Shown here piece by piece: positions 32,336 through 41,476 of a stretch of DNA of 61,298 nucleotides. A model generated the notes under the pieces. The model saw nothing but the letters and a program-made list of their open reading frames with translations, did not search any database and was not told the DNA's origin. A program made the translations under genes and the position numbers. Each line of letters begins with the position of its first letter. Positions within the stretch are counted from its first letter, which is position 1. The stretch is from Dehalococcoidia bacterium (lineage in GTDB: Bacteria; Chloroflexota; Dehalococcoidia; SHXV01): assembly GCA_009693105.1 (NCBI GenBank), contig SHXV01000001.1, positions 1 to 61,298 on the forward strand. Reading direction: 5' to 3'.

Positions 32336-32368
32336 ATCGGCCGAATGGGGCCGGTTTTGTCGTTTTCT
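32336..32368 (+). terminator. weak intrinsic terminator after the fmdB-like gene
   Basis: A CGGCC/GGCCG stem followed by TTTTGTCGTTTTC. Confidence 0.45.
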
Positions 32369-32394
32369 CGATTGCACGGACTGATAGCGTCTAT

Positions 32395-32466
32395 TTGACA
32401 CGAAGCCACTGCCGAAGATAATCTTATGGCACGACAGTAAGCGTAGAGAAAACACTTACTGTCGTG
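32395..32466 (+). promoter_or_regulatory. candidate nadABC promoter plus a 12-bp perfect inverted repeat (operator or 5'-UTR hairpin)
   Basis: TTGACA (32395-32400), 16 nt, GATAAT (32417-32422). Then CACGACAGTAAG (32430-32441), a 13-nt spacer, and CTTACTGTCGTG (32455-32466), ending 24 nt before the nadA ATG. Confidence 0.5.
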
Positions 32467-32489
32467 AGCGCCAGGCGCAGGGGTTCAGC

Positions 32490-33692
32490 ATGGTGACAAA
32501 GCCACGGGAGCAGGTTCTGCTCCTTTCGGACATCGTTTGCGAGACCAACACCGGGCTTGCCACCGTCCCGCTGGCGCAGGAGCGGTCGTTCGCGTCGTGG
32601 CAGCGGGACATCCCGGCGGAGTACTGGGCGCTCTCCGCCGATGCGCTGGCGCAGCGTATCCGCGCCGCCCGTGCCCGCCTGGGCGACCGCGCCGTCATCC
32701 TGGGGCACCACTACCAGCGAGAAGACATCATCCAGTTCGCGGACTTCCGCGGCGATTCGCTCAAGCTGGCCCAGTGGGCGGCGTCCCGCGGCGATACGGA
32801 ATTCATCGTCTTCTGCGGCGTCCATTTCATGGCGGAAGCGGCCGATATTCTCTCCCAGCCCAACCAGCAGGTGATCCTCCCCAACATGGCCGCCGGCTGC
32901 TCCATGGCGGACATGGCGGACCCGGACGATGTGTACGCCGCATGGGATGAGCTGGCGGCGACCATCGGCACGGACGACATCATCCCCGTGACCTACATCA
33001 ACTCCGCCGCCTCGCTGAAGGCGTTCTGCGGCCGCAACAACGGCATCGTCTGCACGTCGTCCAACGCGGCGAAGGTGCTGGCCTGGGCGTTTGAGCGCGG
33101 CAAGCGGGCCTTCTTCTTCCCCGATCAGCACCTCGGCCGCAACACGGCGATCGCTATGGGCATCTCCCAGTCGGAGATGGTGTTGTGGGACTACCACCGC
33201 CCCTCCGGCAGTCTCGGCGGCTCCACGCGTGAGCAACTGGAAGCGAGCCACGTCATCCTCTGGCAGGGGCACTGCTCTGTGCATGCCCGCTTCAACGTCG
33301 ACCAGATCCGGCGGGCGCGGGAGGAATACCCCGGCATCAGCATCATCGTGCACCCGGAGTGTCCGCTGCCGGTGGTGCAGGCGGCGGACAGCGCCGGCTC
33401 CACCGAGTTCATCGTCCGGCAGGTCACGGACTCGCCGCCCGGCAGCGCCTGGGGCATCGGCACCGAGATTAACCTCGTCGATCGGCTGGCGCATGAGAAT
33501 CCGGACAAGACGGTGTTCTGCCTCGATCCGGTCGTGTGCCCCTGCTCCACCATGTACCGGGTGCACCCCGCTTACCTGGCATGGGTGCTGGAGGAGCTGG
33601 TGGAGGGGCGCGTCGTCAACCGCGTGAGCGTGGACGAGGAGACGAAGCGCTGGGCCCGCGTGGCGCTGGACCGCATGCTGGCCGTGAAGTAG
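32490..33692 (+). CDS. nadA: quinolinate synthase
   Basis: 'ILGHHYQREDIIQFADFRGDSLKLA', 'FCGVHFMAE', 'GHCSVHARF' and 'CPCSTMYR' (Fe-S ligand Cys residues). Confidence 0.92.
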   Translation: MVTKPREQVLLLSDIVCETNTGLATVPLAQERSFASWQRDIPAEYWALSADALAQRIRAARARLGDRAVILGHHYQREDIIQFADFRGDSLKLAQWAASRGDTEFIVFCGVHFMAEAADILSQPNQQVILPNMAAGCSMADMADPDDVYAAWDELAATIGTDDIIPVTYINSAASLKAFCGRNNGIVCTSSNAAKVLAWAFERGKRAFFFPDQHLGRNTAIAMGISQSEMVLWDYHRPSGSLGGSTREQLEASHVILWQGHCSVHARFNVDQIRRAREEYPGISIIVHPECPLPVVQAADSAGSTEFIVRQVTDSPPGSAWGIGTEINLVDRLAHENPDKTVFCLDPVVCPCSTMYRVHPAYLAWVLEELVEGRVVNRVSVDEETKRWARVALDRMLAVK

Positions 33693-33714
33693 CGGCGTTC
33701 AGCGCCGCTCCCCC

Positions 33715-35283
33715 ATGAACACCCATGACTACATCGTCATCGGCTCCGGCGTCGCCGGGCTGTATGCCGCCCTGCTCGCCCGGGACCACGGCAACGTGGT
33801 CCTGCTGACCAAGGGCGCCATCGACGATACGAACACGAAGTACGCCCAGGGCGGCATCGCCGCCGCCGTGGGCCGGGACGACTCCCCGGAACTGCACCTG
33901 CGCGACACGATCGCCGCCGGGGCGGGCCTCGTCGATGAGGTGGCCGCCCGCGTGCTGGCGGAGGAAGCGCCCGCGCGCATCGCCGACCTGGCGCGGTTCG
34001 GCGTCCCCTTCGACACGTCGCACGGCGAGCTAGCGCTGGGCCGGGAAGCGGCGCACAGCCGTTCCCGCATCATCCACGCCGGCGGCGACCGCACGGGCGC
34101 CCACATAGAGCTGTCCTTGAGCGGTCTCGCCCGGCTGAGCGGCATCACGGTGCTGGAGCATCGCCTCGTGGAGCGGCTGCTGATGGAGGACGGCCGGGTT
34201 ACCGGCGTGGCGACGCTGGCGACGGAGGGGGCGCCCCTGCGGGAGGATTTCGTTGGGCGGCATATCATCCTCGCCACCGGGGGCGCCGGCCAGCTCTACG
34301 GCATCACGACAAACCCGGCCGTGGCCACGGGCGATGGCGTGGCGCTGGCGTACCATGCGGGGGCGGAGCTGCAGGACATGGAGTTTATCCAGTTCCACCC
34401 CACGGCGCTGCGCATGCCCGGCGTGCCCACATTCCTTATCTCTGAGGCGGTGCGCGGGGAAGGCGCCGTCCTGCGGGCGGTGGAAGGCCCCGTGGGGCGC
34501 ATGGCGGGACGCCCATTCATGGCGGAGTACGATCCGCGGGCGGAGCTTGCCCCGCGCGATATCGTCGCCCGCGCGATTGCCACGGAAATGCGGGCGGCGG
34601 GTTCTTCGCACGTGTTCTTGGACGTGACGCGGCTGGCTCCGGAGTACACCGCCGCCCGCTTTCCCCAGATCTATCGCTACTGCCTCGATCACGGGCTCGA
34701 CATCACCCGGGAGCCGATCCCCGTTGCGCCCGCCGCCCACTACATCATGGGCGGCGTCCGTACCGATGTCTGGGCGCGAACTACTCTGCCCGGGCTCTAC
34801 GCCTGTGGAGAGGTGGCTTGCACCGGCGTGCACGGGGCCAATCGGCTGGCCAGCAACTCCCTGCTGGAAACGGTGGTGTTCGCGAAGCAGGCGGTGGAGG
34901 CCACGCTGGGCCGGGCTGAGGGAGACCCGCCGGCGCTCACCGCGGAAACGCTCGATCTCTCCCCGTCCCAGCCGGTGAGGGGCGAAACGCCGACGCTGCC
35001 GCTCCTGCAGTCGATCATGTGGGAGAAGGTGGGCATTGAGCGCACCGGGCAGGGGCTGGCGGCGGCGCGGGAGCGGCTGGCCTCGTTGGCGGCGGCGCTT
35101 CCGGAACGGGGCGACCGGGCGGCGCTGGAGCTGGCCAACCTTGTGTGGGTCGCCCGCCTGGTGACGGAAGCCGCGCTGCAGCGCACGGAGAGCCGGGGGG
35201 CGCACTATCGCTCTGATTATCCTCGCACCGACCCCGCCTGGGCGCGGCGGATCACGTTTCGCAAGGGGGTCAGGAATGGCTGA
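33715..35283 (+). CDS. nadB: L-aspartate oxidase
   Basis: 'YDYIVIGSGVAGL', 'AQGGIAAA', 'IQFHPT', 'GLYACGEVACTGVHGANRLASNSLLE' and 'ESRGAHYR'. Confidence 0.95.
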   Translation: MNTHDYIVIGSGVAGLYAALLARDHGNVVLLTKGAIDDTNTKYAQGGIAAAVGRDDSPELHLRDTIAAGAGLVDEVAARVLAEEAPARIADLARFGVPFDTSHGELALGREAAHSRSRIIHAGGDRTGAHIELSLSGLARLSGITVLEHRLVERLLMEDGRVTGVATLATEGAPLREDFVGRHIILATGGAGQLYGITTNPAVATGDGVALAYHAGAELQDMEFIQFHPTALRMPGVPTFLISEAVRGEGAVLRAVEGPVGRMAGRPFMAEYDPRAELAPRDIVARAIATEMRAAGSSHVFLDVTRLAPEYTAARFPQIYRYCLDHGLDITREPIPVAPAAHYIMGGVRTDVWARTTLPGLYACGEVACTGVHGANRLASNSLLETVVFAKQAVEATLGRAEGDPPALTAETLDLSPSQPVRGETPTLPLLQSIMWEKVGIERTGQGLAAARERLASLAAALPERGDRAALELANLVWVARLVTEAALQRTESRGAHYRSDYPRTDPAWARRITFRKGVRNG

Positions 35284-36157
35284 AAGCGCGCTGCGTGCCC
35301 CGGATGAGGCCGCATTGCTGGCGCAGGCGGAGGCGGCGCTGCGGGAAGACGGCGCCTGGGACGATGTCACCACCTTCGCCATTGTGGGTCCGGGTGAGCG
35401 GGGGACGGCGCTGCTCCTGGCACGGGAGCCGGGCGTGTTCTGCGGCGGCCCCATGGTCTCCGCCACCTACGCGCTGCTGGATGAGCGGGTTGACGTGGAG
35501 ATGTTAGTCCCAGAAGGTGGGCGCTTTAGCGCCGAAGAGCCGCTCCTGCGGATCCGGGGGCCGCTGCGTGCCATCCTCCAGGGCGAGCGCGTGGCGCTCA
35601 ACTTCGCCCAGCGGCTGAGCGGCACCGCCACGCTGACGCGGGCCTACGTGGAGCGGATCGCGGGCCTGCCGGCGCGCATCCTCGATACGCGCAAGACGAC
35701 GCCGGGGCTGCGCGCGCTGGAGAAGTACGCTGTCCGCGCCGGCGGGGGGCACAACCATCGCTTCGGCCTGCACGATGGCGTCTTGCTCAAGGACAATCAC
35801 CTGGCGGCGGCGTATCGGCGTGGCCTGACCATGGCGGACATCCTGCGAGAAGCTCGTGCCAACGCTCCCCATACCCTTCGCATCGAGGTCGAAGTGACCG
35901 GCATCGATGAGGCGCGCGCGGCCCTGGGGGCTGGTGCGGACGTGGTGCTGCTGGACAACATGACGAACGATGCCATGCGCGCTGCCGTGGACCTGGGCCG
36001 GCACCGCGCCCTGTTCGAGGCATCCGGCGGGGTTACGCTAGAGCGCGTTCGCTCGATCGCAGAGACGGGCGTGGACTTCATCTCGGTGGGCGCGCTCACG
36101 CACTCCGCCCGCGCGCTCGACCTCTCGCTGGAGTTGGACCTGAACGCGAAGGGCTAG
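35276..36157 (+). CDS. nadC: nicotinate-nucleotide diphosphorylase (carboxylating)
   Basis: 'ILDTRKTTPGLRALEKYAVRAGGGHNHRFGL' and 'LLDNM'. It overlaps the nadB end. Confidence 0.94.
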   Translation: MAESALRAPDEAALLAQAEAALREDGAWDDVTTFAIVGPGERGTALLLAREPGVFCGGPMVSATYALLDERVDVEMLVPEGGRFSAEEPLLRIRGPLRAILQGERVALNFAQRLSGTATLTRAYVERIAGLPARILDTRKTTPGLRALEKYAVRAGGGHNHRFGLHDGVLLKDNHLAAAYRRGLTMADILREARANAPHTLRIEVEVTGIDEARAALGAGADVVLLDNMTNDAMRAAVDLGRHRALFEASGGVTLERVRSIAETGVDFISVGALTHSARALDLSLELDLNAKG

Positions 36158-37440
36158 TCGGCCGGTCCGGTGCTGGCCGCGGGACCGCCCCCTTCTCCGC
36201 CCCCGCCGCCGCGCCGACGCCTGCGCCTGCGTTTGCGCCGGGCCGGGTCATCCGTACCTTGAATGTCGCTCCCGGCCGGGGGCGTGCCCTGCGCTTGTGG
36301 CGGCGACGCACCCGGGCGCTGCCGCGCGAATGGTCGCTGGGGGGACGCCGCCGTAGGCGCGGGTTGAAGGTGCGTTGTCCCCGTTTCCGGCGGGGCGCCG
36401 CCTTCGTCCCGCCGCCGTCGCGAGCGCAGGGAGCGATCGCCCGCCCCCTGCTCCGGACGCGGCCCTCGCGGTCGCTCGACGCGGCTCTGGGGCGGGAGCG
36501 GCCGGCCGCCCCGTTGTTCGCGCGGGGGGAAACGCGAGATCATCGTTGCCGGAGGGGGTGGCGCAGGGTAGCCGTCTTCCTCCGGCGTCGGTTCACCCAG
36601 CGTCAGGCCGATGGGCCGGACGAGCTTGCCGAACTCTAGTTGCTCCTTCGTCACCTCGATGCGGCTGTGGTCCGCTTCCATCAGCAGCGTCACCGATTGG
36701 CCGAGCGGGTTCACGGCTATCACCTTGGCATCGCCGGAGGGGGTGCTCACGTGGGAGTTGAGCTTGGGAAGCGTTCCCCGCAATTCCCGGTACTGCTCGT
36801 ATTCGAACGTCAGGCAGCAGTAGAGCCTGCCGCACACCCCGGATATCTTCGCCGGGTTGAGGGCGAGGTTTTGCTCCTTCGCCATCTTGATCGAGACACT
36901 GGGAAAACTGCTCATCCAGCTCGCGCAACAGAGCCGCAGCCCGCAGCGGTCGTAGCCATCGACGAGCCGGGCGCGATCGCGTGAGCCGATGTGTTCCACC
37001 TGCACATCGGTGTCCATCGCTTCCCGCAGCTCGCGGACGATGGCGCGGTAGTCGACGTTCTCGTCCGATTCGTAGTAGAGGGTGAGCGAGGTGCCATCGA
37101 GGTTCATGTCTGCGGAGGCAATAGTGAGCCGCAGCCCTTCCGCATTGGCGACGCGGCGGGCCGCGCCGACGGCCTGCGCCGCCTCCGCCTGGCGCTGGGA
37201 GGCGGCATCCCGGTCCTCCGCCGTGGCGATACGGAGGATGGGCGGGATGTCGCGTCCGGACTCCCCCGCCAGCATCTGGCCGGGAGCGATGACGACGCGG
37301 CCCAGCTCCGGCCCGCGCTGCGTCTCCGCGACCACGTATTCGCTCAGGTCCAGTTGGAGGTCGCCGGCATCGAACGAGAAGATTCTGCCGGCATCGCGGA
37401 ATCGGATTCCCACCATGGTTTCGACGGATGTAGCCATCAC
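36154..37440 (-). CDS. PSP1 domain protein (YaaT/RicT-like) with a long Arg/Pro/Gly-rich C-terminal tail
   Basis: 'VGIRFRDAGRIFSFDAG..VVAETQRGPELGRVV' and 'LRLCCASWMSSFP..GVCGRLYCCLTFE' (PSP1 Cys motifs). The last ~165 aa are low complexity. Confidence 0.88.
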   Translation of the reverse strand: MMATSVETMVGIRFRDAGRIFSFDAGDLQLDLSEYVVAETQRGPELGRVVIAPGQMLAGESGRDIPPILRIATAEDRDAASQRQAEAAQAVGAARRVANAEGLRLTIASADMNLDGTSLTLYYESDENVDYRAIVRELREAMDTDVQVEHIGSRDRARLVDGYDRCGLRLCCASWMSSFPSVSIKMAKEQNLALNPAKISGVCGRLYCCLTFEYEQYRELRGTLPKLNSHVSTPSGDAKVIAVNPLGQSVTLLMEADHSRIEVTKEQLEFGKLVRPIGLTLGEPTPEEDGYPAPPPPATMISRFPPREQRGGRPLPPQSRVERPRGPRPEQGAGDRSLRSRRRRDEGGAPPETGTTHLQPAPTAASPQRPFARQRPGASPPQAQGTPPAGSDIQGTDDPARRKRRRRRRRGGGGGEGGGPAASTGPAD

Positions 37441-38501
37441 TTATTCTCCCCGATAGTCGCCGCCGCGGGCCTCGTGGCCGGCGGCAGCGAAAGCATAAGA
37501 ACTTCCAGCGCCAGGCGGGCGTTGGCGTTCTCTTCAAGCTGGCGGACGGTGTTGCGCACCGCCTCCAGCGTGTCAACGATAACGAGCGGCGCGTACTTTT
37601 CTGCTGCGATGGCGATGGCATCGGCCAGCTCCCGGTGCGTGACTAGGTCCGCCCGGCCCACGCGGGTCAGGAGGACGTCGCGCCACCACGCCTGCCAGGC
37701 GGCAAGCTCCGCCAGCACGTCATCCCGACGGGCGGGCCAGCGCTCCCCCATTTCTTCGGCGTAGGCCAGCCGCTCATCGCGCGGCGCTGCCGTGAGCGCT
37801 TCCATGCGGCGCATCAGCGTGAGCCGCTCATCGATAAGCCCCTCGTCGGCGAGGGCGGCCAGCGCCCAGCCGGAGCGGCCTTCCGCCAGCCGTGCCAGCC
37901 GGTCCGCCTCCGTTTCAGAGGCACCCTGAGCTTCGATCAGCGCCTGGCGTAGCGCCGCGGCCCGCACCGGCCCCAGCGTGAGGGCGCGGCAGCGCGAGCG
38001 CACCGTTGGCAGCACCGCTTCCGGGCTGCTGGCCAGCAGGATGAGGGTGCTGCTGGGCGGAGGCTCCTCTAGCGTTTTGAGGAAGGCGTTGGCGGCTTCC
38101 ACCGTGAGCGCATCCGCCGGGTCGATGATGACGACGCGGGTGCGGCCCTCGAATGGCGTCCGGGCGACGTCGCGCTCCACCCGCCGTATCTGACAGATGC
38201 GCAGGGATGGCGAACTATCGCGACTGTGGTCGTGTTCGGTCACATCGCAGAGGGAGCGCGGGGTCACGATCTCCACGTCGGCGTGCTTGCCCGCGGCGAT
38301 GCGCTCACAGGCGCGGCAATGCCAGCAGGGGCGCTCCGCCGTCGCCGCTTCGCAGTTGAGGGCGCGGGCGAGGTCGGACGCCAGGGCGCCCTTGCCGATG
38401 CCGGCCGGTCCGCTGATGAGGTAGGCGTGGGCCGCCCGTCCCGCGGCGATATCGCTTTGGAGGGAGGCAACCGCGCGTTCATGGCCGATGATGCTCCACA
38501 T
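37437..38501 (-). CDS. holB: DNA polymerase III subunit delta'
   Basis: 'HAYLISGPAGIGKGALA', the zinc module 'CWHCRAC', and 'VVIIDPADALTVEAANAFLKTLEEPP'. Confidence 0.9.
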   Translation of the reverse strand: MWSIIGHERAVASLQSDIAAGRAAHAYLISGPAGIGKGALASDLARALNCEAATAERPCWHCRACERIAAGKHADVEIVTPRSLCDVTEHDHSRDSSPSLRICQIRRVERDVARTPFEGRTRVVIIDPADALTVEAANAFLKTLEEPPPSSTLILLASSPEAVLPTVRSRCRALTLGPVRAAALRQALIEAQGASETEADRLARLAEGRSGWALAALADEGLIDERLTLMRRMEALTAAPRDERLAYAEEMGERWPARRDDVLAELAAWQAWWRDVLLTRVGRADLVTHRELADAIAIAAEKYAPLVIVDTLEAVRNTVRQLEENANARLALEVLMLSLPPATRPAAATIGENK

Positions 38502-39862
38502 TAGCCGATCACGTCCCCGTCTTCGAAGACATCCCGTTGCATCAGGTCCTCGTAGGTCTCGCGGCGGCGGACCAGGCGCGCCCGGCCCTCCGCCACCAGC
38601 ACCACGGCGGGGCCCAGCGCCAGATTGTAGTTGCTGGCCATCGCCAGGCAGTAGGCGCCGGAAGCGGGGATGGCCAGCACATCGCCCGCCTTCAGTGGGG
38701 GCAGGGCGATGTCCCTGATCAACACGTCGCCCGACTCGCAGTACTTGCCGGCGATGGTCACCGTTTCCTCCGCCGCGGCAAGGGGCCGCCCGGCGACCAG
38801 CGCTTCGTATTTGGAGCCGTAGATAGCGGGGCGAATGTTATCGGCCATGCCGCCATCGACCGAGACGTAGGTGCGCACGTCCGGGATCTCCTTGCGGGAG
38901 CCGACGGTGTACAGCGCGACCCCGGCCCGCCCGATGAGCGACCGCCCCGGCTCGATTGAGAGGTGGGGCAGTGGCAGCTCGCGCCCGGTGAATGCATCGC
39001 GCAGGGCTGAGGTGATCGCCTCTGCGTAGATGGCGGGCTCCGGCGCGGGAGTGTCCGTCACGTACTGGACGGCGAAGCCGCCGCCGGGGCTGAACTCCCG
39101 GCAGTCGAAGCCGTGCATTTGCTTCATCGCCAGAGCGAAGTCCGCCATGACGGCGATGGCCTGCGGGTACGGCTTCGTCTCAAAGATGGGCGATCCCAGG
39201 TGGGCGTGAATGCCAAGCAGGTCGATGTGGGGTGCGGCCAGCGCCCGGCGCAGGCCTTCCTCCGCCTGTCCGGTGGGGATGGGCAGCCCAAACTTGCTAT
39301 CGAGCAGGCCGGTCGTGGTGTGGCCGTGGGTGTGGGGGTCCACGTTGGGGCCAACGCGGAGAATGGCCGCCTGACGCACATTCAGGCGGGCCGCCGTCGC
39401 CTCCAGCAGCTCGATCTCGTCGTAGTTGTCCAGCACGACCCGGCCGATGCCGGCGCGCAGCGCTTCTTCCATCTCCTGCGGCGTCTTGTTGTTGCCGTGG
39501 AATTCGATGCGGTCCGCCCGGAAGCCGTTGGCCAGCGCCAGCGCGAGCTCCCCGCCGGAGACGACGTCCAGGCTCAGTCCTTCCTCCGCGAACAGCCGTG
39601 CCAACGCGCCGTTGATGTAGGCCTTGGCGGCGTAGCGAACGGTGGTGTCCGGGTAGCGCCGGCTGAACTCGCCCAAGAAGGCGCGGGCCTGGTGCCGCAG
39701 CGTCGCCTCATCGAAGACGTAGAGCGGCGTGCCGTAGCGCTCGACGAGGGCGAGCGTGTCGCACCCGCCGATGCGCAGGTGGCCGGCAGGGGAAATGTCG
39801 CTGGCGATGGGGAAGATAGAGGCCAGCGGCAGGGCCGCAGCCTCGTTCTCCTTCGTTGTCAT
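38501..39862 (-). CDS. lysA: diaminopimelate decarboxylase
   Basis: 'YGTPLYVFDE', 'YAAKAY' (PLP Lys), 'HAHLGS', 'GGGF' and 'CESGD'. ATG at 39862 is preferred; GTG at 39892 is an alternative. The stop overlaps the holB start by 1 nt. Confidence 0.93.
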   Translation of the reverse strand: MTTKENEAAALPLASIFPIASDISPAGHLRIGGCDTLALVERYGTPLYVFDEATLRHQARAFLGEFSRRYPDTTVRYAAKAYINGALARLFAEEGLSLDVVSGGELALALANGFRADRIEFHGNNKTPQEMEEALRAGIGRVVLDNYDEIELLEATAARLNVRQAAILRVGPNVDPHTHGHTTTGLLDSKFGLPIPTGQAEEGLRRALAAPHIDLLGIHAHLGSPIFETKPYPQAIAVMADFALAMKQMHGFDCREFSPGGGFAVQYVTDTPAPEPAIYAEAITSALRDAFTGRELPLPHLSIEPGRSLIGRAGVALYTVGSRKEIPDVRTYVSVDGGMADNIRPAIYGSKYEALVAGRPLAAAEETVTIAGKYCESGDVLIRDIALPPLKAGDVLAIPASGAYCLAMASNYNLALGPAVVLVAEGRARLVRRRETYEDLMQRDVFEDGDVIG

Positions 39863-40066
39863 GGCTTCACCATTCCCGCGCGATGATCTCACCGGCGGGC
39901 AGGAAATATTATTATCGGGTTGAGTATAGCCTGCTTCGGCGTGCGCAGGCGAATGAGGGCGGTGTCACACTTGCGCGACGGCACGGGTGCATCGTACGTT
40001 CCGATGCGATGAAGACGATGATGCTTGGCCGCGCTCCGGTGTTGGCGTGATCGCGATGGTGGCGTT

Positions 40067-40729
40067 GTGAGCGCGTCACTGTGGCAGCGCATGACCGCGG
40101 AGTTCATCGGCACGTTCATCATGGTGTTCGCCGGGACGGGCGCCGTCGTCGTCGGCGTAGTCGAGCCGGGGTCGATCTCGCACGAAGGTGTCGCGATCAC
40201 GTTCGGCCTCGTGGTGATGGCCATGATCTACGCGATAGGCCATGTGTCCGGCGCCCATCTCAACCCCGGGGTTACGATCGCCTTTGCCCTGGTGCGCCAC
40301 TTCAACCCCCGCGACGTGTTACCGTACTGGGCGTCCCAGTTCAGCGCGGCGATCCTTGCGTCGCTCACCCTGCGGGCGTTCTTCGGCAACACCGCCCACC
40401 TAGGGGCAACGTTGCCCACGGTATCGCTAGGGGCGGCGTTCGGGCTTGAAGTGTTGCTTACGTTCATCCTGATGTTCGTCATCGTCGCAGTAGCGACCGA
40501 TTCCCGTGCCGTCGGCCAGGCGGCGGCCATCGCCGTTGGCGGAACAGTGGGGCTGGCGGCGTTGTTCGCCGGGCCGCTCTCCGGGGCCTCGATGAACCCG
40601 GCCCGCTCGCTCGGCCCCGCGCTGGTGACGGGCGAACTGCACGCGCTCTGGGTCTACCTGCTCGCCCCTCCCATCGGGGCGTTGCTGGGCGCGCTTACGT
40701 ACCAGCTCATCCGCGGCGGGCAGCGTTGA
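40067..40729 (+). CDS. MIP/aquaporin-family channel (NIP/AqpS-like)
   Basis: 'AEFIGTFIMVFAGTG'. The first box reads 'HLNPGVTIAF' (N-P-G rather than N-P-A). The second box is 'GASMNPARSLGPAL'. The start is uncertain: GTG 40067 or 40025. Confidence 0.88.
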   Translation: MSASLWQRMTAEFIGTFIMVFAGTGAVVVGVVEPGSISHEGVAITFGLVVMAMIYAIGHVSGAHLNPGVTIAFALVRHFNPRDVLPYWASQFSAAILASLTLRAFFGNTAHLGATLPTVSLGAAFGLEVLLTFILMFVIVAVATDSRAVGQAAAIAVGGTVGLAALFAGPLSGASMNPARSLGPALVTGELHALWVYLLAPPIGALLGALTYQLIRGGQR

Positions 40730-41198
40730 GCGCCATCCGGGTGCTCTTTCTCTGCACCGGCAATTCGGCGCGAAGCATCATCGGCGCGGCGCTGCTCAAG
40801 GAGATGGGAGGGGACGATTTCGAGGTGCACAGCGCGGGGACGCACCCGAAAGGGATCACCCCTTCACCGTGCAGGCGCTCGGCCTCGTTCACATCGACAT
40901 CAGCGATGAGCGCTCGAAGTCGTGGCCGAGTACGAGGGCGCAATGTTCGACTACGTGATCACCGTATCGACCAGGCGGCGGAAGAATGCCCGCTGTTTCC
41001 CGGTGCGCCGGAGTGGATTCACTGGGCCTCCCAGATCCCGCCGCCGTTGAGGGCACGGACGTGGAGAAGCTGGCTGCGTTCCAGGGCGCGGTGCAGGACG
41101 TGCGACAGCGGCTGTCCGTGTTCATCCCGGCGGTGCGGAAGGCGCGGCGCGGGCGCGGCAGCGCATTTGACACGCATCATAACGCGCCCGTAAACTAG
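40726..41198 (+). pseudogene. arsC: LMW-PTPase-type arsenate reductase, disrupted by four 1-nt deletions
   Basis: ArsC-like peptide pieces are spread over all three frames. They are 'IRVLFLCTGNSARS..VHSAGTHPKGI', 'HPFTVQALGLVHIDISDERSKSW', 'EYEGAMFDYVITV', 'DQAAEECPLFPGAPEWIHW' and 'LPDPAAVEGTDVEKLAAFQGAVQDVRQRL'. The frame switches fall near 40857, 40926, 40967 and 41026. Confidence 0.8.
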
Positions 41199-41219
41199 CC
41201 TCTACAACTGAATAATGCG

Positions 41220-41368
41220 TACTCTCATCAAGAGCGGTGGAGGGTAAGACGGCCCTGTGAAGCCCGGCAACCGGGCCCTCGTCTTCAGTCGCAACGTACA
41301 GCGACAGGTATGAAGGCGAAGGTCGACTGGTGCCAATTCCGGTCCGCATAGCGGACAAGATGAGAGGC
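41220..41368 (+). ncRNA. SAM-I (S-box) riboswitch aptamer
   Basis: 'CUCUCAUCAAGAGCGGUGGAGGG..GGCCCUGUGAAGCCCGGCAACC..GGUGCCAAUUCC..AAGAUGAGAG' matches the S-box consensus, including P1 pairing of CUCUCAUC with GAUGAGAG. Confidence 0.88.
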
Positions 41369-41406
41369 GTGAACGGACACTATGTCCATTCGACGCCTCT
41401 TTGCTT
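41362..41406 (+). terminator. intrinsic terminator (expression platform of the SAM-I riboswitch)
   Basis: AGAGGCGT..ACGCCTCT stem with an inner GGACA/TGTCC, followed by TTGCTT. The 5' arm overlaps the P1 3' strand. Confidence 0.7.
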
Positions 41407-41476
41407 ATCCGGCAAACAGGCGTTTTCGTTTCCATCCGAATTGTCCGAGGCGCGCCCCTATTCGAAGGGTGAAGAC

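Noticed and set aside
39893-40066. Possible lysine (L-box) riboswitch upstream of lysA, or an ArsR operator upstream of the aquaporin.
   Set aside because: The intergenic region is too short for an L-box. I could not find the conserved L-box core or a convincing palindrome.
41202-41476. ORFs 41202-41636 (minus strand) and the 49-codon extension of the thrC-like ORF from 41330.
   Set aside because: They overlie the SAM-I aptamer and terminator. The thrC-like protein's conserved zinc ribbon starts right after the ATG at 41477, which has an RBS.
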